A model generated the notes under the pieces. It was not told the origin of the DNA and ran no database searches. It saw nothing but the letters and a program-made list of their open reading frames with translations. From Nitrospinota bacterium (lineage in GTDB: Bacteria; Nitrospinota_A; UBA7883; JACRGQ01), in assembly GCA_029881495.1 (NCBI GenBank), contig JAOUMJ010000005.1, positions 9,042-73,041 of the forward strand: a stretch of DNA of 64,000 nucleotides, written 5' to 3'. A program made the translations under genes and the position numbers. Shown here in pieces: positions 1 through 7,206 of this stretch (its first letter is position 1; each line of letters begins with the position of its first letter).

Positions 1-414
1 ATCCGCTCGAAGATCGCCAGGGTATGTTGAAATTTGAAGTAAGAACTGCGTTATCGCGCCGTTATAATCTGCTGTTTTGTAGAGCGCCAATCCATCCTGA
101 AACATTGTTTCATCCGGGCCGATTGCAGTAGCGGTTTGGGTGGCTGTAGTAGTTGAGGTAACGGTGTTTAAGTCGCCATCAATAACAGCACTCCCGCTAT
201 CGAGATTATTATCATCAGTTGTATTACCGGAGAGGTCTTCGAGACTATTGCTGTTCGGCGTAGTGTCAGTATCCGTGGTGGGATCAGTTGCAGTGCTGGA
301 TGCAGAGTTTGCGTCAGTGAATGCGAAATTCCCTCCATTGGCTGTACATCCATACAGCATGGGGAGAAACGCAATATGGGAAATAAAGGCAGAGACTAGA
401 ACAGCATTCCTCAT
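1..414 (-). CDS. Lipoprotein with TPR-like (BamD/YbgF-type) repeat; 5' part only, gene runs past the window start
   Basis: Own reverse-strand translation from the ATG at 414-412. It gives MRNAVLVSAFISHIAFLPMLYGC (signal peptide plus lipobox), a T/D/S/N-rich linker, then ALYKTADYNGAITQFLLQISTYPGDLRAD. It is absent from the ORF track because no stop lies inside the window. ORFs 140..439(+) and 168..374(-) are other frames of the same DNA. Confidence 0.55.
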   Translation of the reverse strand, partial: MRNAVLVSAFISHIAFLPMLYGCTANGGNFAFTDANSASSTATDPTTDTDTTPNSNSLEDLSGNTTDDNNLDSGSAVIDGDLNTVTSTTTATQTATAIGPDETMFQDGLALYKTADYNGAITQFLLQISTYPGDLRAD

Positions 415-656
415 TCCCAAATTATCTCCTTTTTCATGAAAGACTTTATTGCCAAATTATTCGTAATAATGGTGCAACTGATATAGTTACTTATCCATTA
501 ATACGTCACGTTATCATACAAAAAAGTTATTCTAAGATAAACAATTTTATAATATTACCAAAATATTCTTTTTATCTCGTATAGACTTTTTCAAGGAACA
601 TTCGAGAAACGTATTAGTAGCGGATAAATGTAGAAAACATGCCTATAATTGGTGAG

Positions 657-690
657 TAAAATGGTCGGGGCGGCAGGATTCGAACCTGCG
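657..690. repeat. att core copy: displaced 3' fragment of tRNA-Pro (distal prophage junction)
   Basis: taaaatggtcggggcggcaggattcgaacctgcg is identical to 43850-43883. It covers the CCA end, acceptor arm and T-arm of the tRNA plus 5 nt downstream. Sequence diverges immediately after 690, so this is not a whole tRNA. Confidence 0.9.
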
Positions 691-761
691 TACCCCTGTA
701 TTAAGTGATGGTAACTAGCAGAATATAAAGCAGTTACGGGGGCATAAAAGGCCGGTTATAT

Positions 762-783
762 TCCCAGCCAACACCCAGCCAAC
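762..783 (+). repeat. Arm-type repeat (tandem cccagccaac x2), left copy
   Basis: tcccagccaacacccagccaac is identical to 43772-43793. It lies 72 bp inside the left core, directly downstream of the int stop codon. Confidence 0.7.
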
Positions 784-786
784 ACT

Positions 787-2004
787 TCAACCCTTTTTGA
801 TATTGATAATATTGCCATTGTCAGAGGGGGTAACAGACTGCACACCTTCAACCCCAAGCGCGGCGCTGTCTATATATCTCTGCGTAGTAGAGAGCGATGT
901 ATGCCCTGCATACTTCTGCAAGATAATTCCCCCGACCCCTCTTGCGGCGGCTTGAGTAAGCACACTGTGGCGGAAGAGGGCGTATGGAGCGATGTCTATC
1001 TCTGCCACTTTTGCCGCCTTTCGGACTATCTTGTATAGCCGGGTCTGCGTGTATGGAGTTCCTGAAGGCAATGTAAATACATAGCTGTTTTTAAGTTTAT
1101 TTTTGCAGAGTTCCTGCAGTGTTGACAAAAGCTCGGGATGAATGGGGAGTATCACGACACCGCCGGTCTTGGTTCCCTTCTCTTCCATGTATCCATCCCC
1201 GCTGAACGCGCGCTGAACCGTCACCGATCCGCAGGGGAAGTTCTGCCTCTTGGAGAAATCCAGATCCATAACCTTCAGCGCTCTCAGCTCGTTAATTCTC
1301 ATCCCGTGCCTTGCCCCGAACCAGACTATAGGGCGATGATATTCCGGCGTAATGGCGGCGATGATTATATTCTGCGTTTCATAATCGGCCCACTTCACCG
1401 CCTTCTTGGGAACCTTAACCGCCGGAAACTTCGGGCAAGTGCTTATGTATTCTCCATCGACTGCCCAGATAAAGAATGTGCGGAGGGAGTCCACAGCGTT
1501 CTTCAGGTTTTTATCTTTCCATTTCAGGGGTTCGTCTTTTAAATATATCAGCAGATCGTTAAGGCTGTGCGCCTTGATGCTTCTGATATCGATGTTTTTA
1601 AAGTAGGGGATAAAACCTTTTTCAAAATATCTCTTTATGTCGGGATACCATGCAGGGGAAACACGTTCTTTGGTGGCGACCAAATATTTTTCCGCCAGAT
1701 TTGTAAAGCTCCACTCGTTCTTTCTGCCAGGGAGATACTTCTGGGGATTGTGTTCGGGGCCTCCTTTTTCTTCAACCTCGATTTCACGGCTGATCTTCTC
1801 TTGCAGGTCCTTTGCTTGCCGTCTGTTGGCCAGAACGACTCCATGCTCATCTGACGTTATTTCATATCTTTTTTTCTTGTACCGGTAGATTATCCTGTAC
1901 CGCGCTTCCCCTCTACAGCCATTCTTTCGCGGATAGACATCGCCCCTCATGTTGTCAGTGTACGGTCTGTCTACAACATTTTGCAAGCCGGGGGTGGGAT
2001 TCAT
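787..2004 (-). CDS. int: Tyrosine recombinase / phage integrase
   Basis: 405 aa. Catalytic signature: ARHGMRINELRAL (R), FRHSVLT (H-x-x-R), GHTSLSTTQRYID (H...Y). Sits at the prophage end next to the att core. Confidence 0.95.
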   Translation of the reverse strand: MNPTPGLQNVVDRPYTDNMRGDVYPRKNGCRGEARYRIIYRYKKKRYEITSDEHGVVLANRRQAKDLQEKISREIEVEEKGGPEHNPQKYLPGRKNEWSFTNLAEKYLVATKERVSPAWYPDIKRYFEKGFIPYFKNIDIRSIKAHSLNDLLIYLKDEPLKWKDKNLKNAVDSLRTFFIWAVDGEYISTCPKFPAVKVPKKAVKWADYETQNIIIAAITPEYHRPIVWFGARHGMRINELRALKVMDLDFSKRQNFPCGSVTVQRAFSGDGYMEEKGTKTGGVVILPIHPELLSTLQELCKNKLKNSYVFTLPSGTPYTQTRLYKIVRKAAKVAEIDIAPYALFRHSVLTQAAARGVGGIILQKYAGHTSLSTTQRYIDSAALGVEGVQSVTPSDNGNIINIKKG

Positions 2005-2007
2005 CGT

Positions 2008-2967
2008 TTACTCTTTTCCATTGGCTTTCCCGGGATTGTCTGTGACATTGTATTTTGGCTGAAACCTCTTTATGAGGTAGGTTTCTGCAGCCCCCAGATA
2101 CTCTGGGGAGACAGGAATATATGAGAACGAATCGAAGAGTTTTGTTTGTTCTCTAGAATGGCCCGATATACGGTACAAAATATTGATGCTCATCCCGATA
2201 TAGACGATCTCATCCTTATCCAGCAGAAAATATACGCCGGATATGACGGGCGAATTTAAAATTTTGTTCTTAAGAATAGTCTCTACTGTTAAATTATTCA
2301 GAGTGTGATAGCTAATGTCAGATAAAACGTAAGCTCCTGCATGCAAGGCTTCATAGTAGTTGGCAATAAGCGCAGGCTCCCCAAGCGAAGGGCGTTCACT
2401 AATAGAATTATATGTATATCGAAAGGTTATGAGTAATGCTGTTAGCCGTGCTTCCCAGAAGGAAATTTTGGAACAGGAGCCAATGCATACTTCATCAATA
2501 TTGAGCAGGTTGCATCGGCTCCCATCGCGCGACACTTTAAGAATTTGTATATACAGCTTTTCTATGCCTTCTACTCTTACTCCGAATCCATCTATTTCTG
2601 TGTCAAAATACGTTTCGTTTGTGTCTTTCCTGCATGGGATATCTGCGACAGCCTCTTTAGTTAGCTTTAAATAGTGAACAGCCCCTCTTTTGTGGACTTT
2701 ATGTTTTATGTCTAGTAGCTCCAAGTGTGGCTTCCGCAATGCCTCAGACGGCTTTCTTGTAGCAGGAATGTCGTACGTAACGGGGAGCTTGTATTTTGCA
2801 GGGTTAAGGGGGACTTTAAATTCCGCTGCGGGTTCAGTGTTTGGCGCGCAACCCACTGGATCCCCGCTTTCGCGAGGATGACAAACAGGGGGGAGGGAGG
2901 AGGCGCGGGGAGACGCAGAACCGCATGGAGTTTCCTCACGGGGAGTCGGCGCGATAATGTCGCGCAT
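2008..2967 (-). CDS. GIY-YIG nuclease domain protein with an N-terminal integrase-arm-type (DUF4102-like) DNA-binding domain; start uncertain
   Basis: C-terminal region reads GVYFLLDKDEIVYIGMSINILYRISGH...ETYLIKRFQPKYNV, a GIY-YIG pattern. Upstream, LKLTKEAVADIP..ETYFDTEIDGFGVRVEG...ISFWEARL resembles the P4-type integrase Arm-DBD. The first ~60 codons of the track ORF run through REP copy 1 and are probably untranslated. An in-frame TTG at 2724 would give 238 aa. Confidence 0.6.
   Translation of the reverse strand: MRDIIAPTPREETPCGSASPRASSLPPVCHPRESGDPVGCAPNTEPAAEFKVPLNPAKYKLPVTYDIPATRKPSEALRKPHLELLDIKHKVHKRGAVHYLKLTKEAVADIPCRKDTNETYFDTEIDGFGVRVEGIEKLYIQILKVSRDGSRCNLLNIDEVCIGSCSKISFWEARLTALLITFRYTYNSISERPSLGEPALIANYYEALHAGAYVLSDISYHTLNNLTVETILKNKILNSPVISGVYFLLDKDEIVYIGMSINILYRISGHSREQTKLFDSFSYIPVSPEYLGAAETYLIKRFQPKYNVTDNPGKANGKE
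2856..2883 (+). repeat. REP-like 28-bp palindromic element, copy 1
   Basis: ctggatccccgctttcgcgaggatgaca. Stem atccccgc/gcgaggat, loop tttc. Confidence 0.8.
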
Positions 2968-3113
2968 AGGTGAGGCCGGCTTAGCCGGACAGATATCGCA
3001 ATGTGGTTTTAAAAATACCCTGTCCGCCGGGAAAAAGCAAGTGGAAAAATGGGGAGTATTCGCATATCCGTATCAGGGGGGTAATCGGGTAAAATGCCGA
3101 TTGAGGAGGAGTG

Positions 3114-3683
3114 ATGGAAAAGAAGGGAACGATACTTATAGTCGACGATGACGAAACTGTCCGCCACCAGGTGAAGCGGATATTTTCCGCCGAGTACGAC
3201 ATCATCGAGGCGGCGACGGCGGAGGAGGCAAACAGGATAGTACGCCACGGAGCAGGGGACATCCGCCTCATAATTCTGGACTATCTCCTGTCCGACAAGG
3301 GGCGGCTGACAGAGACAGGGCTCGATCTGTTTCGGGGATGGGTGAAGGATTGCCCGATGCTTCCGCCGGTGATCATGATGACGGCCTATCCGACGACGAA
3401 CCTGGCGGCCGAGTTCTCGCATAACTACTCTGGAATAGCGTTTGCCGAAAAGCCTGTTCGCCCGGAGGTGCTGAAAGCGCTGGTTGAGGATTCAATACAG
3501 CGGAGCGGACGAGAGATGGAGTGGCGAAACCGGCAGTGCTATGAACTTATCCGCATGAAGGTCGGGGGGAGGATAAAGGACATTCTCCAGTCGATGAGCC
3601 CGGCGGTCGAGCGGATAGAGCCGCTACCACTTCGCGATGAGATTCAGCGGGGCCTTGATCGTATAGCCGGCCTGCTTAAATGA
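3114..3683 (+). CDS. Orphan response-regulator receiver (CheY-like REC) domain protein, phage-encoded
   Basis: ILIVDDDETVRHQV (acidic pocket), IRLIILDYLLSD (phospho-acceptor Asp), VIMMTAYP (Thr), AFAEKPV (Lys). The ~65-aa C-terminal helical tail has no recognisable output domain. SD gaggagga precedes the ATG at 3114; the track ORF starts at the GTG at 3111. Confidence 0.8.
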   Translation: MEKKGTILIVDDDETVRHQVKRIFSAEYDIIEAATAEEANRIVRHGAGDIRLIILDYLLSDKGRLTETGLDLFRGWVKDCPMLPPVIMMTAYPTTNLAAEFSHNYSGIAFAEKPVRPEVLKALVEDSIQRSGREMEWRNRQCYELIRMKVGGRIKDILQSMSPAVERIEPLPLRDEIQRGLDRIAGLLK

Positions 3684-3885
3684 TCTGATCGAGGATACGG
3701 AGATGCTCCATGTTTGGCGAGCGCATGGCCGAGCCCCATTTTTTCGCCGTGACCGGATGAACCCGGCACTTCTCGGCCAGTTGATCCCATGTGAGGCCCG
3801 CTTCCTGCCGTCGAGAGTTGATCTCTTCGCCGAGGAGATGGCGGTTTTCCGCGTCGATGTCGACAAGTTTTTTTCTTTTTTTCAT
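3676..3885 (-). CDS. XRE-family helix-turn-helix protein (69 aa)
   Basis: INSRRQEAGLTWDQLAEKCRVHPVTAKKWGSAMRSP is a Cro/C1-type HTH pattern. It is the last gene of a 3-gene minus-strand cassette. Its 3' end overlaps the convergent REC gene by 8 nt. Confidence 0.65.
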   Translation of the reverse strand: MKKRKKLVDIDAENRHLLGEEINSRRQEAGLTWDQLAEKCRVHPVTAKKWGSAMRSPNMEHLRILDQII

Positions 3886-3923
3886 ATCATGTGTTCCATT
3901 CCTCGTTTTCGTCGAAAAGTCTG

Positions 3924-4205
3924 CTATTGTACCCCCTTTATTATTGCGGAAAAACGGTCTGAAAAATTGTGTAGATTCCCTTGTCCGTCGAATACGTCCG
4001 GCAAAATAACCGCCCCGAGAATATTATCTTCGTCGATGAAATCTTGTGCTTGTGGATAATCCGGGAAATCAATAGTATCAGTTTCAGTTATGAGCAATAC
4101 CCGGTTATATTCAATCAGCCCGTTTTTGGTTAGTATTTCCCATGCGTCTGTTTCTGTAATTTTTCCATGACCAATTAAATCGCATATTTTTTGTATATCG
4201 TTCAT
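3924..4205 (-). CDS. Hypothetical protein (93 aa)
   Basis: ORF in an operon-like array with 4239..4466 and 3676..3885. No motif recognised. Confidence 0.45.
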   Translation of the reverse strand: MNDIQKICDLIGHGKITETDAWEILTKNGLIEYNRVLLITETDTIDFPDYPQAQDFIDEDNILGAVILPDVFDGQGNLHNFSDRFSAIIKGVQ

Positions 4206-4238
4206 TTTTTTATCCCCCTTTTTAAAGTTATTGTTTCC

Positions 4239-4466
4239 TTAATATCCAGAAGGTTTTAATAAATCCCCGTTATCATCTGTCAATTCAAGCCTTGCGGCAT
4301 CCTCTAACGTGATAACAATCCCCTGCGGATGTTCATATCTCGCAGACAATTTAGAGCCTACCGGGTAGATTGTAGCATCCAACCGAGTGACCACCGAACC
4401 ATCTGAACAGTGCAATACGGCAACATTCCCATCCTCGTTTATTCGACCGAATATCTCCATTTTCAT
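4239..4466 (-). CDS. Hypothetical protein (75 aa)
   Basis: Start moved to MKMEIFGRINEDG. SD aaggagga lies 5 nt upstream and the promoter at 4506-4534 lies just upstream. The longer track ORF (to 4580) would begin upstream of that promoter. Confidence 0.5.
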   Translation of the reverse strand: MKMEIFGRINEDGNVAVLHCSDGSVVTRLDATIYPVGSKLSARYEHPQGIVITLEDAARLELTDDNGDLLKPSGY

Positions 4467-4505
4467 ATCCTCCTTATTAAATGTTTCTCTTTGTCTCTTG
4501 GTTAC

Positions 4506-4534
4506 ATGATAGCCTAATATGGCTATCATGTCAA
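4506..4534 (-). promoter_or_regulatory. Sigma70-type promoter with embedded palindromic operator for the 75aa-93aa-XRE cassette
   Basis: Reverse strand reads TTGACA-17 nt-TATCAT. The spacer and -10 are occupied by a perfect 9-bp inverted repeat, ATGATAGCC-N6-GGCTATCAT (4506-4529). Confidence 0.6.
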
Positions 4535-4852
4535 GGGGGAAAAATAAAAAAATAATTATTTTTTTTAAAATACTGCGCATATATTTTCACACTTAAAGGT
4601 GCGGGGTAACTCTCTGGATTGTGTGTCTGCTTTCCCGTATCCACTTGGGTGACAGTGAACAGATGCGCAATTCCCTGCACACATTACGCCCCTAATAATC
4701 CCATAAATATCATAAATATGGAATTTCCCTGCGCATTGACACCCCCATAATTGCATGTACGATATAGTCAGTGGGAAGCAGGGGGAAATAGATTTTTCGT
4801 GTAATTTTCGGTACCGTGTGGTATAATAGGGCATAACCGGGGGAGGAGCGAG

Positions 4853-4987
4853 TTGCTGAAACGAATGCTGAATTGCAGGCTGATCATGGCCATTCGGATC
4901 GGCTGGCGCTTTATGGCGTGTCTGGACGAGTACGACCGAAAGGCAGTTCTTACCGTATTGAAAATTGACCGAACTGTAAAAACTTAG
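4853..4987 (+). CDS. Possible 44-aa mini-ORF (TTG start; in-frame ATG at 4865)
   Basis: An extended -10 box tgGTATAAT at 4819-4827 and SD gggggaggag lie upstream. Translation: LKRMLNCRLIMAIRIGWRFMACLDEYDRKAVLTVLKIDRTVKT. Too short for the ORF track, and no homology is recognisable. Confidence 0.2.
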   Translation: MLKRMLNCRLIMAIRIGWRFMACLDEYDRKAVLTVLKIDRTVKT

Positions 4988-5170
4988 CGTATCGTTTCGA
5001 GCCACCTTGCGGTTTTTTGTGGGTGAGCGACGGGGAGAAGGTGCAAATCTTCCTATATTCTGTCCGCCCTCAAAAGTTTCCACCTTGTCAAGAAATAGTG
5101 TTAATATGTCGATGTAAAGAGATGTCAAGGCGATAACTATTTTAACTATTCTGAAGGAGGTTCTACGCCA

Positions 5171-5512
5171 ATGAACACACCAATGACGTTCAATGTCCTT
5201 TTCGAAAAGGATGGCAATGCTTGGGTGGGTCACTGTCTGGAGTTGGATATAGTTTCTTCCAGGGAAGATTTTGAATCCTCTATGGAGGAGATGGGAGATT
5301 TAATATCGACGGCGGTAAGCTACGCCTTTGCAAATGACAACTTGGAAAACCTTTACCATCCAGCTCCGCCAGAGATGTGGGAAAAGTTCTATAAGTGTAA
5401 GGGCCCAAAGGTAGACTCGCGCAAAGTTTTGGTTGGTCATAACTTCACAGACCCGAATCAAGGCAGGTTTGTACCGCCTGAAATTACGGCGAACGCTTGT
5501 TGTGTCGGGTAG
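5171..5512 (+). CDS. hicB: HicB-like (UPF0150) antitoxin-type protein
   Basis: MTFNVLFEKDGNAWVGHCLELDIVSSREDFESSMEEMGDLIS fits the HicB N-terminal pattern (y.v.e.dg.w.a.cpeL....G.t.eEa). SD aggagg is present. It lies directly upstream of a HicA-like ORF. No obvious RHH/HTH tail. Confidence 0.5.
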   Translation: MNTPMTFNVLFEKDGNAWVGHCLELDIVSSREDFESSMEEMGDLISTAVSYAFANDNLENLYHPAPPEMWEKFYKCKGPKVDSRKVLVGHNFTDPNQGRFVPPEITANACCVG

Positions 5513-5747
5513 CAGGCCTCTAAGACTTCGAGAACTCAAAACCCGCCTGCAAGAGTATGGGGTGAGAATGATGCAAAATCGAGGAAAAGGGTCAGAGATG
5601 ATTCTTTTAAAACCTGAAATCCCCGGCTCCAACAAAGGAGCCCAATACCCAATTAAAAACCACGGTCCCGGAACTGTAATAGGAGAAGGTACTATAAGTG
5701 CCTGCTTAAGGCGCTTTGAGATAAACCCGAAGGATTTCTGGAAATAA
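5502..5747 (+). CDS. hicA: HicA-like toxin-type protein
   Basis: RLRELKTRLQEYGVRMMQNRGKGSEMILLKP....YPIKNHGPGTVIGEGTISACLRRFEINPKDF matches the HicA layout (k.rEl.k.L...G.....gkGSH...p....vp.H...l..gtl..il). The usual GSH reads GSE. Start placed at a GTG overlapping the hicB stop; the track ORF begins at 5433. Confidence 0.5.
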   Translation: MSGSRPLRLRELKTRLQEYGVRMMQNRGKGSEMILLKPEIPGSNKGAQYPIKNHGPGTVIGEGTISACLRRFEINPKDFWK

Positions 5748-5818
5748 AGGCACCTTGGAAGGGATCCGAAACACAGTTTAAGTGTTAATAATTAACAAAA
5801 CGGCTCTGGTCGGCAGAG

Positions 5819-6145
5819 TTAAGGTTTCGGTCGTTCTGAATAGACCTTGATAATATCCGCAACCATCTTTTTATCTTTTTCAATTAGCCCCTTGAATGAC
5901 TCAAAAATAATCTTCTCCTCCGGGGTGACGGCGAGCCGTTCCGGTTCCTCGCCGGTGAGGAGCCATGTCGGGTCGCAGTTTGTAATCTTCACAAGTTTGT
6001 AGAGATAGTCAGCATCGGGTTGGCGCCGCCCTTTCTCGTAGTTTAAAACCGTGTTGAAATGCACACCTGTTTTATAGGCGATATCGGACTGGTTAAATCC
6101 GGCTTTTTCTCGCGCCTCTTTCAATCGGTCTTTAATATCAGTCAT
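5819..6145 (-). CDS. CI-like XRE-family repressor (HTH only, no S24 peptidase domain)
   Basis: LKEAREKAGFNQSDIAYKTGVHFNTVLNYEKGRRQPDADYLYKL. Divergent from the long plus-strand early operon. Confidence 0.75.
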   Translation of the reverse strand: MTDIKDRLKEAREKAGFNQSDIAYKTGVHFNTVLNYEKGRRQPDADYLYKLVKITNCDPTWLLTGEEPERLAVTPEEKIIFESFKGLIEKDKKMVADIIKVYSERPKP

Positions 6146-6186
6146 TTATATCCACAAACAAAGGAAACAAAAATAGATAAAAAATA

Positions 6187-6218
6187 TTGACAAACTCATA
6201 CGCATGTGTGAGTATATA
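6187..6218 (+). promoter_or_regulatory. Candidate early rightward promoter with overlapping operator palindrome
   Basis: TTGACA at 6187-6192. An A/T-rich -10 candidate (gagtat / tatata) follows 17-20 nt downstream. The near-palindrome CTCATAC-GCAT-GTGTGAG (6195-6212) fills the spacer. Confidence 0.4.
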
Positions 6219-6227
6219 TCCATGAAG

Positions 6228-6296
6228 GTTGTGCAAACGTTCTCTGGGAAAGTTTCGGGGGGGAGAAACTGCGTGGACATCCTTGGTTTGCACAAC
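6228..6296. repeat. Perfect 11-bp inverted repeat pair in the switch region
   Basis: gttgtgcaaac (6228-6238) and gtttgcacaac (6286-6296). Confidence 0.6.
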
Positions 6297-6508
6297 TCCG
6301 GTAAGCACAAAGTAGATCCCCTCCTTTTTCTTTCAATTCTTATTTTTGCCACATTAAAAGTCATACAGACGCACGTCTTTCATCATATCAATTTTTATGT
6401 GTTCTTTCCCGTAAGATTTGCTCCTCGATTTTCATCAGCGGGATGGTGTGTGAAGGGCGCGGGGCTCGGCTTCGATTTCGGCCCCGCGTCTGATTATCAA
6501 TCTATCGC

Positions 6509-7204
6509 ATGGGGGTGTGTATGAAAACTGGTGAAGGAAAAGCCAAAGGAAGTAACGGGAACGGGAACGGCGCAGGAGAGCGGCAGTCGCTCGGGCGCAA
6601 TGCCATATCGGAATCGCCGGAGCTGGCGGAGGAGGTGCTGAGCCTGACGGGGGATATACAGTCCCTCATGCGCCGACTGATGACAACAAAGAATAGCGAG
6701 TTGAAAAGCGCTGTCGAGGCGGAGAGAGCGAGGATCAAGGAGGACGCGGAGCGGATAGTCAACCGTTCGCCTGGTCTCTGCACGGCATTCGCCGACCTGA
6801 TAGGGAAATCCAAAACTCTTGTCTTGGGGAGCATGAGCCGTTTCACTCAGGCAATGCAGATGCAAGCGTCATGGATAGTTCCCCTCACGCTCTTCTTTAA
6901 AGACACAACCCTGCTTGAAGGTATCGCCATGAGGTGCGGATATGGAATACACAAACTGCCGTCACCATCGGACGAGACGAAAGAGGGGCTGATGTTCCGC
7001 ATGGGGAAATACGTCGGGGAGTCGGGAGTGCTCCTTCAAAAGATGTCGGACGCTCTTGAGGATGGAAAGATCACCGACGCGGAGAAGAGAGAACTGTATG
7101 CGGAGGGATGCGTGATAATCCGCCATCTCCTCGAGGTTTTGGAGAGCGTAAAGCTGATCGCCGAAAAGACCGAAGCGGCGCGAGTGCAGAAGGGGGAGGA
7201 GTAA
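6509..7204 (+). CDS. Early-operon protein, function unknown (possibly a CII-type regulator)
   Basis: First ORF of the rightward operon. The C-terminal ALEDGKITDAEKRELYAEGCVIIRHLLEVLE is loosely reminiscent of phage CII/CP76-type regulators. The exact start is uncertain. Confidence 0.5.
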   Translation: MGVCMKTGEGKAKGSNGNGNGAGERQSLGRNAISESPELAEEVLSLTGDIQSLMRRLMTTKNSELKSAVEAERARIKEDAERIVNRSPGLCTAFADLIGKSKTLVLGSMSRFTQAMQMQASWIVPLTLFFKDTTLLEGIAMRCGYGIHKLPSPSDETKEGLMFRMGKYVGESGVLLQKMSDALEDGKITDAEKRELYAEGCVIIRHLLEVLESVKLIAEKTEAARVQKGEE

Positions 7205-7206
7205 TC

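Noticed and set aside
140-439. ORFs 140..439(+) and 168..374(-)
   Set aside because: A different reverse frame gives a clean signal peptide, lipobox and TPR-like protein running off the window. These two ORFs are alternative frames of that gene and have Ser/Val/Leu-rich junk composition.
661-720. A possible second tRNA gene at the left prophage junction
   Set aside because: Only the 3' 29 nt (T-arm, acceptor strand, CCA) match tRNA-Pro. Sequence beyond 690 diverges and cannot form D or anticodon arms. It is the displaced att fragment.
4565-5233. The 222-aa minus-strand ORF spanning the non-coding region
   Set aside because: It has no SD, a Cys/His/Pro/Arg-rich nonsense composition, and its 5' end overlaps the hicB-like start. 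It also runs across two plus- and minus-strand promoters. It is treated as non-coding.
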